DNA of 64,000 bases from Dicyema japonicum (taxonomy: Eukaryota; Animalia; Dicyemida): positions 5,724-69,723 of the forward strand of contig RDEW01000001.1 of the NCBI GenBank assembly GCA_011109175.1, given 5' to 3'. Below, piece after piece: positions 62,110-64,000 of the stretch. Position numbers and translations under genes: made by a program. Below the pieces are notes generated by a model. That model was not told the origin of the DNA and did no database searches. It saw only the letters and a list, made by a program, of their open reading frames with translations. Within the stretch, counting starts at the first letter, position 1, and each line of letters begins with the position of its first letter.

Positions 62110-64000
62110 GCTAAAATAATATAATCATAAAGATAAGCCAACAAAGAAGTGAAATTATTTCTTTCATTTAAAAAATTTAAATAAATTTATATTATAACTT
62201 TTAAAATAAATTTTAATGAACTATTTTTTTAAAAGGTTGGCGGTTAAAGAGCAAGTTTAAAAAATTATTTAAAATCCGTAAATTTAATATTTCTCCCATT
62301 ATTGAAAATAACCACAAAATAATTATTATTAACATTGTCATAGAAATAAATTAAAAATGATGCTAATTAAGATATCCAATGTGCCACACAATGTTGAAGA
62401 AAATGTCTAGAAAGCAGATGTTTCACGTCTTATGTTTAATCTTATAGGTATATTGAAGGCCTGGTTAAGGAAGATACTTTGTGATGACCCAGATAGATTC
62501 GACGACATTCAAACCCGGAACCATGTGGATTCTGTCTGGATGATATGACTCTGCATCATTTGGACTTTTGTCAACCAAATATACCACGGAAATTATCTAT
62601 TAATATGTCTACCCGTGATTTAAAGTTTGTGGGCTCGGATTTGATATTCACTCAAGTCTGGCTCCTGGAATACACTGTATTTGGCGTGAGTGACAGTATT
62701 GGTGTCATCCAAATGCCTCTAAACGACCAATGTCTATTAGGAGAGGAGGCACTGAGAGGAGTTGAAATCCACAGATACCCTATACTTATTGAGATCGTTA
62801 GCTAATGATCCAGAACGTGGAAGAGAATCCTATCTAAAATTGTGCCTTTTAGTTCACATGTGGTGGGAGACTATACTTCTAAGTATATCACTGTCGTCCA
62901 TCTTGGCGAGAATAAAAATACCAATTTATTTTCAATGGCATAATAGGATTCCATTAAGTCTCAGGAAATGTCCGAATACCAAGTTTCAGTGATGTCAAAA
63001 CAGTCGACTGTTGTACAAGCCAATCGGCTGGGGGATACTAATGATATTAAATAGGCAATGTCTTCTATGAAATGCACAATAATTAGCAAGACAATTAATT
63101 GCACTTTTAAAAATTAAATGACTTAGCGAAAATTACAACTATAGTAGATTAAATACTAAACGATAATCGATGACCATTGGATTGTCACCTCTTCTCATGT
63201 CCTGCCTCGCCTTCAAGCTCCCCGTTATACTATCGGATCTGTAGAAGTGTCTATCTTTGGCCTTTACGCTTTTCTTAGCTACCGGTTTCCTCTACTTGAG
63301 GAACCGGGGATAAAAATACCAAAAGATAACAAAAATAGATTTGACTCCAATTACAGTATTTTGTCTCCGAATTATCACAAGCAACAATATCATCTCTCAA
63401 CCAATCGATGGTTTGAATAAATGGAAATCACTATTCTATTGAATGCTAATCACTAAGCAAGAGGTCGTTATGTGACCACAATATTGATGGAAATAAGAGT
63501 ACGATTCTACAAGCAGGATCCTAGTCGTTCTCTAAACGCTAATCAAGCTGAAAGGGTGAATGTAACATGTCTTCAAGAAAACTCTTAATGTATAGTACTC
63601 TTAGGAAAAAATTGGTGGTCTTATTTTGGAATCGCTACTAAATGGTTCCGAGTAAGTTGCCATAGCAACGAGGTCATCCTTGGACGATGCTATAAGGAAT
63701 ACAATGGGTATAATGGTTGAGTAGTTTAATAAGGATTTTCCTTTTACTTCAAAGTCGAACGAGACAATTGTAAGTACACCTCTCTTGAAAATAAGAACAG
63801 ATTTGGCCATTGATTTGAGGAATTGAGTAATCACGATTAAGTTAATTCATGAATTATTGATTACAAAAATGATAATTTCATTAGAAAACCTCCAACACAC
63901 TATCAGTAAAGCTTATTGTATAAGTCGTCGATCAAAATGAGACATTTTAGAAAGAGAAAAACTCTGTTGGTAAAAAACATTAATATTCGAGGGGAATATC

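Noticed and set aside
62470-63840. Short ORFs and an IPGARLE motif (SGNH/ORF1-like); 63601-63834 ORF
   Set aside because: No recognisable domain or consistent splice structure

Overview
AT-rich eukaryotic nuclear DNA, dominated by segmental duplications and transposable-element debris. The host genes are RIB43A (ciliary), cyclophilin H, a basonuclin/disco-like zinc finger in two copies, and a pair of type I membrane-protein paralogs. Their introns are mostly 22-39 nt GT-AG. That, together with a very divergent 28S, suggests a compact-genome ciliated animal such as a dicyemid or orthonectid (inference, not verified). Architecture: (i) a fold-back inverted duplication (1-4829 vs 6217-11040) centred in a Tigger/pogo transposon; (ii) a direct ~12-14 kb duplication (6134-20183 vs 36845-48849) carrying a truncated 28S fragment, CRE-like relics, basonuclin and a long-TIR element; (iii) a 1.85 kb tandem duplication; (iv) many RTE-, I/Jockey-like, CRE, hAT, Tigger and Ginger-like fragments. 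The top observation is that two clearly different RTE-like retrotransposons (708 bp 5'-truncated and ~3 kb near full-length) sit at the identical nucleotide of two copies of the same Tigger transposase gene. Each has its own ~13 bp target-site duplication. This suggests a sequence-specific non-LTR family that parasitises a DNA transposon. Frequent 1-bp indels in conserved genes indicate possible uncorrected long-read errors, so pseudogene calls and duplication topology need read-level checks. All alignments were done by eye; coordinates of degenerate relics are approximate.
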